Part shown: positions 52,159 through 64,000 of the stretch, one piece after another
Position numbering within the stretch: position 1 is the first letter of the stretch
Layout: every line of letters begins with the position of its first letter
NCBI RefSeq assembly: GCF_006345805.1
Contig: NC_043019.1
Location: forward strand, 28,829,360-28,893,359
Reading direction: 5' to 3'
DNA: 64,000 nt
Source of the DNA: Octopus sinensis
Taxonomy: Eukaryota
Notes under the pieces: generated by a model
What the model saw: only the letters and a program-made list of their open reading frames with translations
What the model was told of the DNA's origin: nothing
Database searches by the model: none
Translations under genes and position numbers: made by a program

Positions 52159-52699
52159 GTCATAAAAATCTACATAACATTTCCTATGACAAATCAAACA
52201 TTTTTGAGCAAGTTGGTATTAAAAAAAAAAAAAAAAAAAAAAATTATCAACTTCCACTCCCTACCAAAACTCATCCAAAAAAGGGTGGTCTGAGGGATAA
52301 AAGCCTATTATAATAAAAGTATATTCAGTGTAAAGTAATTCTTAATACCTGACTTTTCTTTCTGATTGGAGAAAAAAAAAATCTCGTCTGATTAATTCAA
52401 ATGTTCGTTTTTAAGAAAATTTTCCAATTATGCAATAACAGGATTATTATCAATATCATTATTATTTGAAACCATTATCATTATTATTATTATTATTATT
52501 CGGTGGTCTTATCTTTATTGTGTGCCTTCACTGCACAACCAAGCATGGCTCTGTGTACCTTGTGCAGTGGTTTGTTTTGATGTTTTTATTTTTACTGTAT
52601 TAAAAGTGTTATATGTAGGCTGCATGTGGTGCCTAGCAGAGAAATTTTCTGTATATTATATACATTCACAAGTCTTTGTGTTTTGCTTATGTATTATTA

Positions 52700-52895
52700 T
52701 CATTATTATTATTATTGTTGTTGTTGTTGTTATTCTGGCCTTATGCCAAAATGTGAAATTATCATCATCATCATTATTATTTTAATTATTATCATTATTT
52801 TAATCATTGTTATTATTATTATTATTATTATTTTAATTATTGTTATTATTATTATTATTTTAATAATCATCATTATTATTATTATTATTATTAGC
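52700..52895. repeat. Compound (ATT)/(ATC)/(GTT) microsatellite
   Basis: Seen directly; explains the poly-Ile ORFs. Confidence 0.95.
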
Positions 52896-53790
52896 GGTCG
52901 AAACCAATAGAATTGTCTAATGAAAAACAGCAAATAAATTGAGACAATGGAATTTTTAGCGTTAGGGAAAGGATATTAAATTGTTCTTAAAAGATTTATC
53001 TCTTGGCTCACTCTAGTTTTGGTCATTGAACTGCAGCCGAACTGGAACACTATCTTTAAGAGTTTGTAGTTCATTATATTGATCACAGTACTGGCTAGGT
53101 AAGCTGGCAGGCAGGTAGGTCAACACTCCTCCTGGACAGAACACCCTTCATTGCAGAGTTACTCATTTACAACTGAGTGGACTGGAGCAATGTGAAATGA
53201 AGTGTTTTGCTCAAAGAACACAATGCATCACCAGTCTGAGAATTGAAACCTTGATTGTGTGATCACGAGGAACCATACCCAAACTACTAGGCCACATCTT
53301 TCGCTAATGATAAATATGATATGGTTATCAAAGCCAACCGTTATATGTTAGCTACTGCCGTCTTTATTAAGTTTCTACCAGTGAGCTAAGGCAGTGCTGG
53401 GACATAGCCATAGCCAGGCATTTACAATGATCACATAAAAATACTTTATAGATCAAATACGAGATAACAAGAGATTAATTTTAATTAAATGTCTCGTATC
53501 TATTTTCAGGTGACTCAGCAGAACTTTTACCAAACTGTTTCTAAAACCAGAAATTATTATTATTTATCTATTTATTTATTTATTTGCCAAAAAAAATTAA
53601 ATTATCAAAGAGAAAAGAGGAGGGGAGGGGACTAACTGTATTAATTTGATTTAATTTAATTTAATTTACTGACTGCCAGTTCTTGACTGATTTGTAATTT
53701 GTTGAAGACAAAGACAAGATTTTGTTAGTAAATTAGAATTTTCTGGACAATTCTTCATAGTTTAGAAATAAAGATGCTGAAGTCTGAACT

Positions 53791-54230
53791 CAGTCTGAGG
53801 TACCATGTAGGCATCCAGTCTGGGGTACCATGTAGGCATTCAGTCTGGGGTACCATGTAGGCATCCAGTCTGGGGTACCATGTAGGCATCCAATCAGGGG
53901 TACCATGTAGGTATCCAGTCTAGGGTACCATGTAGGCATCCAGTCTGGGGTACCATGTAGGCATCCAATCAGGGGTACCATGTAGGTATCCAGTCTGGGG
54001 TACCATGTCTGTATTCAGTCTGGGGTACCATGTAGGTATCCAATCAGGGGTACCATGTAGGTATCCAATCAGGGGGTACGATGTAGGTATCCAGTCTGGG
54101 GTACCATGTAGTATCCAGTCTGGGGTACCATGTCTGTAGTCAGTCTGTAGGCATCCACTCTGGAGTACCATAGAGGCATCCAGTCTGGGGTACCATGTAG
54201 ATATCCAGTCTGGGGTACCGTGTAGGCATT
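53791..54230. repeat. 25-bp minisatellite, about 17-18 units
   Basis: Consensus TCTGGGGTACCATGTAGGCATCCAG, head to tail, no spacers. Confidence 0.95.
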
Positions 54231-56400
54231 GAGAGAAAAGACACATAATGAAGGAAGATCAAACTAATTGAAACAGTACAGATGTAAATATACACTCTCT
54301 AAAGATGGAATATTATCTCATTAGTCATCTTATTAATAGTATTAAAAAAAAGGTTACCTTCAATAAAGAATCAAATTTAAAGTCTATAAATTAGCCAAAC
54401 TAGTATAAGTGATAGTGGTGGTAGTGGTAGTTGTTATAATTATCAATAATATCAACAAGAATAGTAAAAACTTTCATATACTACCAAGTGCTACAGTTAA
54501 TGACAATGAACTAGACTTTCAAATATTGGGATCTATCAAAATCAAAGCCCAGTATAAAAAGTAGTTTGTTGGTAACAAACAAAGTTTTGAAGAAAAAGGG
54601 GTCAGGCAAAAAAAAAACAAAAAAAAACTAAAAACCCCAAATATGTACAGGGTCCAGGCACAGTATTCTCTTTCCTTTTTTCTTTTTCTTTCTGTTTTTT
54701 TTTTCTTTTGCTTTATTTGTAATCCTCAGAGCAAAACACTAACAATTTATTTCTCCCTTTAAAGAGCAGACGACGTTCGTGAAGGTGACAATGAGAATGA
54801 TATCAATGATGGTAATTGTTTTAAGATGGTTGTAGTAGCAGCGGTAGTGAATCTGATAATGACAGTGATTAAATCATACATTAATGAATAAAGTTTTTTT
54901 TTTTTTTCAAAGTCTGGTTTTTGAAAAAAAAAAAAAAAAAAAAAAAAATGAAATGAAGCTGTGGTGTTTGATGTGATTTGAAGTGATGAAATGGACAAAT
55001 GAACAACAGCAATGGCAATAGAAACTGTCATAGTTGTAGTATAAGTAGCAGTAGCAGCAGCAACACCGGCAGCTACAAACATCATTTTTCTTCTGTCCAT
55101 TTTCCCACCTTGGTGATATAGATCAGACAAAATCTGCAGATTCAGATAAATATATATATGTATCTTTCGGTGCCATTTCTTGCACCTGTGCTTTCTATCC
55201 ACAAGCATTCATTACCGGTTTGCCCACCTAGGTATTCAGATTAATAACGTAGTGTGATGTCTTTGTTCATAAAATATGACATTACAGAATGCAATAGCGA
55301 TCAGCCGTATCAAGGATAGCAACATATTTTGATTGATTTCAATAAGACCATGATAACTTTTTTTTTTAAAACTCAGATCTCATATCATCAATAAGACCAG
55401 CAGGACAATTAATTACTCAGATCTAACACTAGTAAGACCATAATAATACCATAATAATTATAAACTCAAGATTTGGTACCAATAAAACTATGACAATTTT
55501 GAAACTCAGATCTGACAGGAATAAGAGCACACTAATTTTTAACTCCAATCTAATAGCAATGAGACCAGAACAATTTAATTTAAGTCACTCCTTCTTTTCC
55601 CATTATTTGGAGATAAAAATTCATTTTCTCTCCCTGTAGAAAAATATTGCCAAGCTTTGCCACAACTTTACTAAAGACTCAGACTATTTTTTTATGTCAG
55701 TAAAGTTTTCAGAATTTTCAAACAATAGCCCAGACTTACTTTCTCCCTTTTAAACATACATACATCTTAACCAATTCGTCAAGACCTTAATATTTGAATC
55801 AAAACAAGTTTTATACAATCTAAAGGAAGAAAAAAAAAAAAAAGAAAAAGAGGCTAATTGATGAATAATTTCTTTTAAAACAAAGTATATTAATATTATT
55901 TTTTAGTAAAAGCTTTCAATGTGAGCAATTTTGTGTTATGGGTTAGTGGTTTTCATGCAGTATTTCTATAAAAAATACTCTTTAGTAGCAAATATTATCC
56001 ATATTTTTTTTATTAGTTTTTAAAAATGTTATCTATTATAGCATGCACATGCAAAATAAGGCATAAAAGCTATTTATAAAATTATTAATATCCTAAATAG
56101 GATTATCACTTTTTGGAAAAGCTTAATAGCAAGACTAAAATTAGAGAATTTCTCTAAAGCTTTCAATGTATGACCATTACTTGAACTTGTTGGCAATTAA
56201 TAGATTTGTGTAATTTTTGCCAGGGCATTTGTTGCCAATGGAAAATACTATATATATATGTATGCACACACATGTATATATCAGTAGGAAAAGCAAATTT
56301 TCTCTATTGATTTTAAAAGTAAATTTCTTTTAAGAAAAACATCAGAGTTAGGAAAAAAAACAGTTTAGTATTAACAAAAAAATAAAAATAATACTTAAAA

Positions 56401-56790
56401 AAAACTTAGTAAATTATAACCTATAGCATTATTTTAGAAATAGGTTTTGTTATTGTGTTTAATAAAAATTATAACCAATAGCATTATTTTAAAAGCCTTC
56501 TTTTTTTTGTTTTATCATTGAGTTTAGTAAAAATTAAAACCTACAGCATTATTTTAGAAACATGTAAGTTTTATTATGTTTAATAAAAATTAAAACCTAT
56601 AACATTATTTCAGAATTATTTTATTTTATCATTATGTTTAGTAAATTAAAACCTAAGACATTATTTTTAAGATATGTTTTATTTTATTGTGTTTAGTAAG
56701 TATTAAAACCTATAGCATTATTTTTAGAATCTATTTTATTTTATCATTGCATTTATAAAATATTAAAACCTGAAACATTATTTTAAAAGT
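56401..56790. repeat. Degenerate AT-rich tandem repeat, about 58-bp unit, about 7 copies
   Basis: Recurrent TTTAGTAAAATTAAAACCTATAGCATTATTTT. Confidence 0.8.
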
Positions 56791-57019
56791 ATGTATGCAA
56801 TAAAAAGTGTGCGTGTATGTGTATGTTTTTTTGCAATGATTAATTAAAATTTTAAAAATCAACTTTGATTTTAGTGTGAAATAAAAAAAGAGGTGGAGGA
56901 TGACAGAAACGAAAGACAAAGAATGAAAGAGAGAAAGAAGATAAAACAAATTTACAATTGATCTCTGAAGGCTCTACATAGTTATTATAACTTTTCTCAG
57001 AAGCTGACATCATAAGTCT

Positions 57020-57260
57020 TACTACAGTGAATATCATAAGTGTTTACAGTGGAGGGATGTGATAAATATCTGCAGTGGATATCATAAGTACCACACTGAA
57101 TGTCGTAAGTCTCCACTGAGGATGTCACAAATCTCCACGATGGATATCATAAGTTTCCACAGTGGATGTCTTAAGTCATCACAGTGGATGTCTTAAGTCT
57201 TTATGAGTGTCATAAGCCTCTCTCTTATAAGTTTCTGCAGTAGATTTTATAAATCTCTAC
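57020..57260. repeat. Degenerate tandem repeat, about 22-bp unit
   Basis: Recurrent ACAGTGGAT(A/G)TCATAAGT. Confidence 0.7.
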
Positions 57261-57916
57261 AAAGAGTGTCAGCCTCTTTAAAATATCAGCACCATGATTA
57301 AGCCAGTAGCTATTATTTCCCATCATGGCAAGGTATGGACTTCCCTGAGCCGTTGTTATTTTGTGCAAGGTGTTTTATTATTTAAATAGACTGCAAAGTT
57401 TATTTATTTGAGTTTCACTGCCTTAGCCAGCAGCAGCTCACATTATATATCTTTGCAGTAATTATGCAAGATAATTCTTACTTAATAGTACTATCCTCAC
57501 TCAAATTGACAAAGGAAGATATTATGTAAGAATTATCTTGCATAACTACTGGAGACATGTGTATTAAATGCTTTCAAAATATCAAAATATCAATATTTGG
57601 TTTTATCATTATACTTGTATATATATATAAACATATACTAATGTCATTGTAGAGTTTGTAGAATTCATTATGTTAAGGTGCTGTGGGGAGTGGAGATTTT
57701 TTAAACATTTTGGACTCCTCTTTTGTTTGAGACCCATGAAGATAGAGAAAGTGATGATGCTGTGGGTTATGGTAAAGTGGGTGGATGTAAACAAGTTGCT
57801 GAAACAGGTACTGAGGAGATTCAGAACATTGCTCAAATTTCATGTAAGTCATACGACAATATACACCACAATAGTTTATTTTGCTTCTGGATCACTGCCA
57901 GACAGATTGTGAATGG

Positions 57917-57948
<32 letters not shown>

Positions 57949-58289
57949 GGAAACAGAGAGGTAATAGCACACATAGTCAAGGTTGTGATGTCAAAGGGGT
58001 GTTTGATGTATTTTTTTAATTTTTGCTGGTAGGTTTTATTTATTTATTTTTGTATTTTTTATTTTTACTTTTTTTTTTTACAATTATTAAAAATTCATAA
58101 TTCATATTCTGGACATATATAATATATATACATTAAAAGGCTAACATTATTTAACTATTAAGATTTGCAATTAAAATTTTAACTAATTTTCTTTAAGCAA
58201 CGTCACATTTATTCTATGTAGCTATCTTAATGGGAAGTATTTGATACTCTACACAACAATGTGCATTTACCTATATATGTATGCGTGTG

Positions 58290-58329
<40 letters not shown>

Positions 58330-58850
58330 CACACATATATATGTACACACACATACATATATATGACTAAAATATGTACAAATGTTAAAATAAACTGAAA
58401 TGAGGCACACAACATTAACGCAAGAATCTTGTTTCGCTATTATACTGTCTCTTTATGGAGTCTGTGTATGACTATATATACACTTTTACATATGTGTATG
58501 TGTGTATATATATATATACACACATACACATATCTATATGTATGTACTTATATATGTATAAAACTATTTTGCTACAAAAGAAAAAAAAAATGGATGTATA
58601 AATTATCAGCAAGGCTTTTATATATTTAATTATTCAAATTCTGGTGGTTGTTGTCATCATCATCATCATCATCGTCATTATTATTATCATTAATATACAA
58701 GTAAACAACTCAAGAAATCCAGTCATTAGAATTAATGAGTAATCGTGGTGAGTTTCCACAGAGGTATGGAGTATGGTACATTAGCAAAATGGGTGTGCAA
58801 GGCAGAAATAATGAGTGCTTCTCACGCACAAACAGTAATATTAATCTCAC

Positions 58851-59342
58851 CTCGGTCGGTTGATGTGGCTGCCATAGATCGATTCCCGGCCACAGTTATT
58901 CACATCATTCGACTTGATGTAAATCTGATCAGGTGCCGCGTAGTTATCCATGTTTTGCGCTTCTTTGTACGAATGGTTTGAAAATGTCCGAGTTTCGTTG
59001 TATCTGGACTCATTATGGAAATGCTCCCGGTATGGACTTTCATGAGCAGGGTCGGCGGTCAGAAGAGCAGCTGTGGCCGCCGACGTGTGGTGGTAGTTGT
59101 CCTTGTGCTTCATGTCGTTCACTAACTGGGGGCTGTCCATGTTACTGTAGGCGAGCACGGAAGACGACGGGCCGTTCAGGTGCACTTTGATTGGCTCGAG
59201 ACCACCGTATACCATTGCTCCATGCTGTGAGTCAAGCTGAGAACGGTGAGCTAGGTGCAGCTCGGTTCGAGTAGATATTGAGGGCCGCATGTGGTCAGCT
59301 CGATAAGGCTGTGCTGGATTGTAATCCCATCCACTATAAGTT
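58851..59342 (-). CDS. TJP1: ZO-1 C-terminal region exon (His/Ser/Tyr-rich)
   Basis: ctacAG acceptor, GTGAG donor; 492 nt open, GC-richer than flanks, phase 2/2; TYSGWDYNPAQPYRADHMRPSIST...GSHINRPR. Assignment to ZO-1 rests on strand and frame continuity. Confidence 0.8.
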
Positions 59343-59413
59343 CTGTAGAATTAAAGACAAATGTTTAATAATTCATATATGTATATATATATGTGTGTGT
59401 GGATGTGTGTGTG

Positions 59414-59467
<54 letters not shown>

Positions 59468-59513
59468 TATATGTGTGTGTGTATATATATATATATATGT
59501 ATACGTACATATA

Positions 59514-59545
<32 letters not shown>

Positions 59546-60082
59546 CATATACACACACAAACATATTGTTGATATCAAGAATTTAGAAACTTTGAGAACA
59601 CGAAATAATAATTCATGTTTGGAACGGAGAGTCTTGAGACAAATAAAGCTATAAATAATAATGTGTAAACTTTAGGCTGGGTCCATGGACAGCATTCAAC
59701 ATGTTCTGTCCAAAGGATTTTTAAACCAATATCTGCATGCTTTTATCTATAGCAGTATTTGCTTCAAGATTCACTGTTCCTAAAAAGATATATATATAGG
59801 CACATACACATGAGTGCGTGTTTGTGTGTGTTACATGGCTAAGAGTTGTTTTGACTCTTATTTCTAGCAACGCTGTTGCTGGCTAGCACCCTCAGTTATC
59901 TTAGTGACGACTATACTTTTACCCTTTGTTGTTAATTACAAATAGCCACCTTAATTATTTTTATATATACATATATACCAGAGTAAACACATAAATGTGA
60001 AACAAGGTGGAAAAAAAGAGTACTCAAATACCAGTGGTAGAGTAATATGCTTTATTTAAAAGCAGCAGAAATTCAACAAAAC

Positions 60083-60120
60083 CTGTTACTCGGAGTTTCA
60101 CGTTCCCGTTCGTCGGACAG
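60083..60120 (-). ncRNA. Minimal type I hammerhead ribozyme-like motif (stem II intact)
   Basis: CTGT-CCGACGA-ACG GGAA CGT-GAA-ACTC C GAGT-A-ACAG: stem I, core with U4C, stem II, near-palindromic stem III, GUA cleavage triplet. Confidence 0.7.
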
Positions 60121-60143
60121 TTTTGTTAAAATTTTTAACAAAA

Positions 60144-60181
60144 CTGTCCGACGAACGGGAACATGAAACTCCGAGTAACAG
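60144..60181 (+). ncRNA. Second hammerhead-like copy (stem II mismatch)
   Basis: Mirror copy with ACG GGAA CAT, a single G>A change that breaks stem II. Confidence 0.6.
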
Positions 60182-62654
60182 GTTTTGTTGAATTTCTGCT
60201 GCTTTTAAATAAAGTATATATATATATACACACATGTGTTTATGTGTGTATTTATTGAGATAGAAAAGAAACATGACTTTCTACATAAGAAACTTTATAT
60301 TTCTTGGTTAGTTTAGCTGAAACCATAACAGAAATGATAATAATAATAATAGTTATTGTTTCAAAGACCAGTAGTTTTAGGAGGAGAGGGGTTAGTTAAT
60401 GCCATCAGTCCCAGTTCTTGACTGGTACATTATTTTAGGGACCTGGAAAGGATGAAAAGCAAAGTTGACTTTGGCATGATTTGAACTCAGAGCACAAAGA
60501 GTTGGAAGGAATGCTGTAAAGCTTTTCTACCATTACACTAATGATTCTGCCAACTTGCTGCTTCTGTGGTTTCTGGTTTAGGCAGGCACAATGCCAGCAA
60601 TTTTGAGAGGAGTGGGTTAGTTAATATCATTGATGTTAATATTTCATTGTTACTTTATTTTATCGACCCCACACTCCAAAAAAAAAAAAAAGCTGAATGA
60701 CAAAGCTGATTCTGCTGAATTTGAACTCTGAATGTAGACTAGTTAGTCCACATTACTCCATAAGGAGCATAGGGCCACTTTTCCAGTTTTTCTGGTGTGC
60801 ATGTTCCTCTCTGGACAGGATGTCAGTTTGTCGAAGAATTATTTATTTTTGCCAGCTGAGTGGAATGGAGCAACACGAAATGGAGTGATTTGCTCAAGGA
60901 CACAAAGCATAGTCCAGTCCAGGCATTGAAACCCCAATCTTACCATCATGAGTCCAACACCCTGACCACTAAGCCATGTGCCTCCACAGAAAATAAAGAA
61001 TCAGAACAAATAATGCAATGCATTTTCCTGAAGACCAAATGAATAGCCAATCTGATACCCTCCTAATGATGATGATGATGATTTATTGTTTAAACTAATC
61101 ATTTTAAATGTATGACTGGGTGGTTAAAAATTTACTTTGCAATCACACAGTTCTGAGTTCAGTTACACTTTGCAGCACCAACCCAATTTTTTTTTTTTTT
61201 AATAGAAAAGGGTCAATATGAAGAAGAAAATTAATAAGGGAGCTATCCATCCCAGATCAAAAAATTGTAGAAATAATGTAAATAATCGCAGTTTGTTATT
61301 GATGGGAATTCAAGATTTAAATTTGACAAGTTTTAGAAACTAAATAAAAACCAAAAAATATATAGGCATGGCAGTGTGGTAAGAAGTTTGCTTCCCAACC
61401 ACATGGTCTTGAGTTCAATCCAATGCATAGAACCTTGGGCAACTGTCTACTACTAAGGCCTGCAGACCAGCCAAAGCCTTGTGAGTGGATTTGGTAGTAA
61501 GTAAAAGATAAAAGACAGGAAAGAAAGGTATGTTTGTGAATATTTGATTTCAATAATTTCATTTTTTGGAAATGGCTGCTCATAGATGATAATGATCATC
61601 ATCATCATTTAGCATCCACTTTTCCATACTTGCATCAGCTAGAAGCAGTTTGTTGAGGCAGATTTTCTACAGCTGGATGCCCTCCCTGTTATCAACCTTC
61701 AAATGTTTCCAACCAAGGTAATATTTCCAAAAAAAAAACAGACCCAGGTACTCTAAGTTTTCTGCAGGAGACCATATATGAACAACACCACTTGTATGAC
61801 AATGATGCTTGTTTACAACCATCACATGATGTCAACAAGGGTACATACACACAGACACATGATGTGCTTCTTTCAGTTTCAATCAATCAAATCCACTCAC
61901 AAGGCTTTGGTTGGCCTGGGACTATAGGAGAAGACACTTGCCCAAGGTGCCACACAGTGGGACTGAACCCAAGACCACACTGTTGAGAACCAATTAAATT
62001 GTAAGTAGTAATAAAGATTGAAAACATACCAAAGGCATTTTTAGAGGGAAATTCAAAATGCACAAATGTCTCCAAGACTATTTCAACATGGTTTTCAGTT
62101 TATCATTGGCCTGATTATCAATTATTTCTAGAAGCTTCAGGCAGTACATTAAAGGGATATTGAAGCAAGTTAATTTTCGTCTGATAATCAATGGAAGCCC
62201 TTGAATCCCTATTGCTTTCCAAATCCCATCTTTGTGAAATTTCGTGCTTTGACACATCTCTTTATTGAGATCAAGGATGTATTAAATTCGTTCGTCACTT
62301 CATTAAAAGAGGGGGATCCCACTCAATGCTGGCAGGATATCGATAATGGAGGCATAATTACTCTTTTGAAATCATTGTGTTGTCACACAATCAAACAGAC
62401 ATCAATCTATGAAGAAACACAGTTGGAATGGGAAGCCCATAATGACAAAAATAATAATCTTTCTACATGTTTGGAATATTATGTGATCAAATGGGTTTGA
62501 ATTCTCTTTTCATGAGTATACATTGGAAATTTTTTACGCGGGGTGCATTTATTTACTTAAAGGGCCATAGGCTTAGCCCCACTTATACCATTTGCATCTA
62601 AAATCTAAGCAATTAATTTATGCGTGTGTTGAGCACAGAAAGACACATACATAC

Positions 62655-63025
62655 ACATATGTATATATATATCTATATATATATCTATCTATATATCTAT
62701 ATATATATCTATATATATCTATCTATATATATATATATATATATCTATATATATATATCTATCTATATATATCTATCTATATATATATATATATATCTAT
62801 ATATATATATATTATATCTATATATATTATATATATATCTATATATCTATATATATATATCTATATATATTATATATATATCTATATATATTATATATAT
62901 ATCTATATATTATATATATATATAGATATATATATATATATATATATATATCTATATATATTATATATATATCTATATATTATATATATATAGATATATA
63001 TATATATTATACATATATATATATT

Positions 63026-63063
<38 letters not shown>

Positions 63064-63127
63064 CATTATACATACATATATATATATATATATATATTAT
63101 ACATACTATATATATATATATATACAT

Positions 63128-63166
<39 letters not shown>

Positions 63167-63196
63167 TATACATACATATATATATATATATATATT

Positions 63197-63227
<31 letters not shown>

Positions 63228-63330
63228 CATTATACATACATATATATATATATATACATTATACATACATATATATATATTATATATATACATTATACAT
63301 ACATATATATATATATATATACATACATAT
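62655..63330. repeat. Long compound (TA)/(TATC)/(TACA) low-complexity array
   Basis: Seen directly; explains the YI-repeat ORFs. Many shorter (TA)n/(CA)n tracts occur throughout the window. Confidence 0.95.
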
Positions 63331-63958
63331 ATGTGTGTGTGTGTGTGCATGTTGTCATCATCATTATCATCATCATTCCTCCTTAATGTTCGTTTTCCTT
63401 GCTGGCATGGGTTGGATGGTTTGATCAGAGCTGGCAAGCCGGAGAGCCACACCAAGCTCCAGATTTGGCATGGTGTGTGTATTTGTGTGTGTGTGTGTGT
63501 GTTTGTAAGTATAAATTTGGGATGGAATTGTAAATTTATGCATTGAGAACCACCTTGTGATATGGTGCTTAGTCTTCTTTGCATCTCTTTATGCCCGTTC
63601 AACTTTGCTGTTCTCCCCTTTTGGGGTTGACAGAATAAATAGTAGACAAAGTATGAGATGGGTGGGGGGGGGTGTCAACATACTGTATTTTCTAGCATAC
63701 AAGTTGAATTTGTCAGACTAAAATTTACTGCAAGATGAATTTGGAGGATCAAAAATTCCCTGTGAAATACAGCAGGATTTGGAAAGATAGAGATGATGTT
63801 TGAATGTTTACATTACATATTTACACAATATAGCTATGTTGACTTGTATGCTGGAAAATACTGGATGCAACTATGAGCTAATGAAAGAAACCTCAATAGA
63901 GTCACTAGATTTATTAAAAATTGCAGCTTAATCTCTTTCAAATTTTACCCTTCTGTCT

Positions 63959-63991
<33 letters not shown>

Positions 63992-64000
63992 ATATATATA

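Larger units (their letters stand above)
59978..60214. mobile_element. Penelope-like terminal-repeat fragment with fold-back arm, inserted in (TA)n
   Basis: 165-bp palindrome 60050-60214 with 1-nt loop and one mismatch, plus an unpaired 72-nt extension; TA tracts on both sides; hammerhead-like motif and AATAAA in each arm. Confidence 0.7.

Noticed and set aside
53791-54230. CRISPR-like array or repeat protein (ORFs 53790-53981 and 53920-54246)
   Set aside because: Units are contiguous with no unique spacers, the unit length is not a multiple of 3, and the context is eukaryotic with no cas genes.
54759-55208. 149-aa ORF as an independent gene
   Set aside because: Runs through poly-T/poly-A tracts and simple repeats; UTR-like composition.
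62201-62500. 99-aa plus-strand ORF with TTG start
   Set aside because: No motif recognised and antisense to ZO-1; the minus-strand frames have stops. Unresolved, possibly a TE relic.
62592-63602. Long YI/poly-I/VC ORFs here and at 37481-37949, 50663-51085, 52626-52933 and 59278-59654
   Set aside because: Translations of (TA)n, (ATT)n and (TG)n microsatellites.
59343-64000. Further ZO-1 exons (PDZ/SH3/GUK)
   Set aside because: No open, splice-flanked coding stretch recognised; presumably beyond the window.

Overview
AT-rich, intron-dominated eukaryotic DNA, rich in microsatellites and SINEs. The repeat families look like those of Octopus/coleoid cephalopods (inference from recall, no database search). 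Two convergent genes are present. The + strand carries the last three coding exons of an AN1-type zinc-finger gene (ZFAND5/6-like; 9823-14395). The - strand carries eight coding exons of tight junction protein ZO-1/TJP1 (59342-19471), ending in a ZU5 domain and VSVLVDHF*. All exons join in frame with GT-AG sites, and both genes lack their 5' parts in this window. About 5 kb of nearly transposon-free 3'UTR-like sequence separates the stop codons and contains head-on AATAAA signals 22 nt apart. Introns hold at least five SINE families, RTE-clade LINE fragments, a mariner deletion derivative, a DD37D (maT-type) element, piggyBac-, hAT- and Merlin-like MITEs, a 28S rRNA fragment and several minisatellites. 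The most notable signal is a set of short inserts in or beside (TA)n tracts, three of them fold-back palindromes. Three inserts carry hammerhead-ribozyme-like motifs, as expected of Penelope-like terminal repeats. The 5' end of an RTE fragment also fits a degenerate HDV-like ribozyme. All structures were folded by eye and SINE boundaries are approximate.
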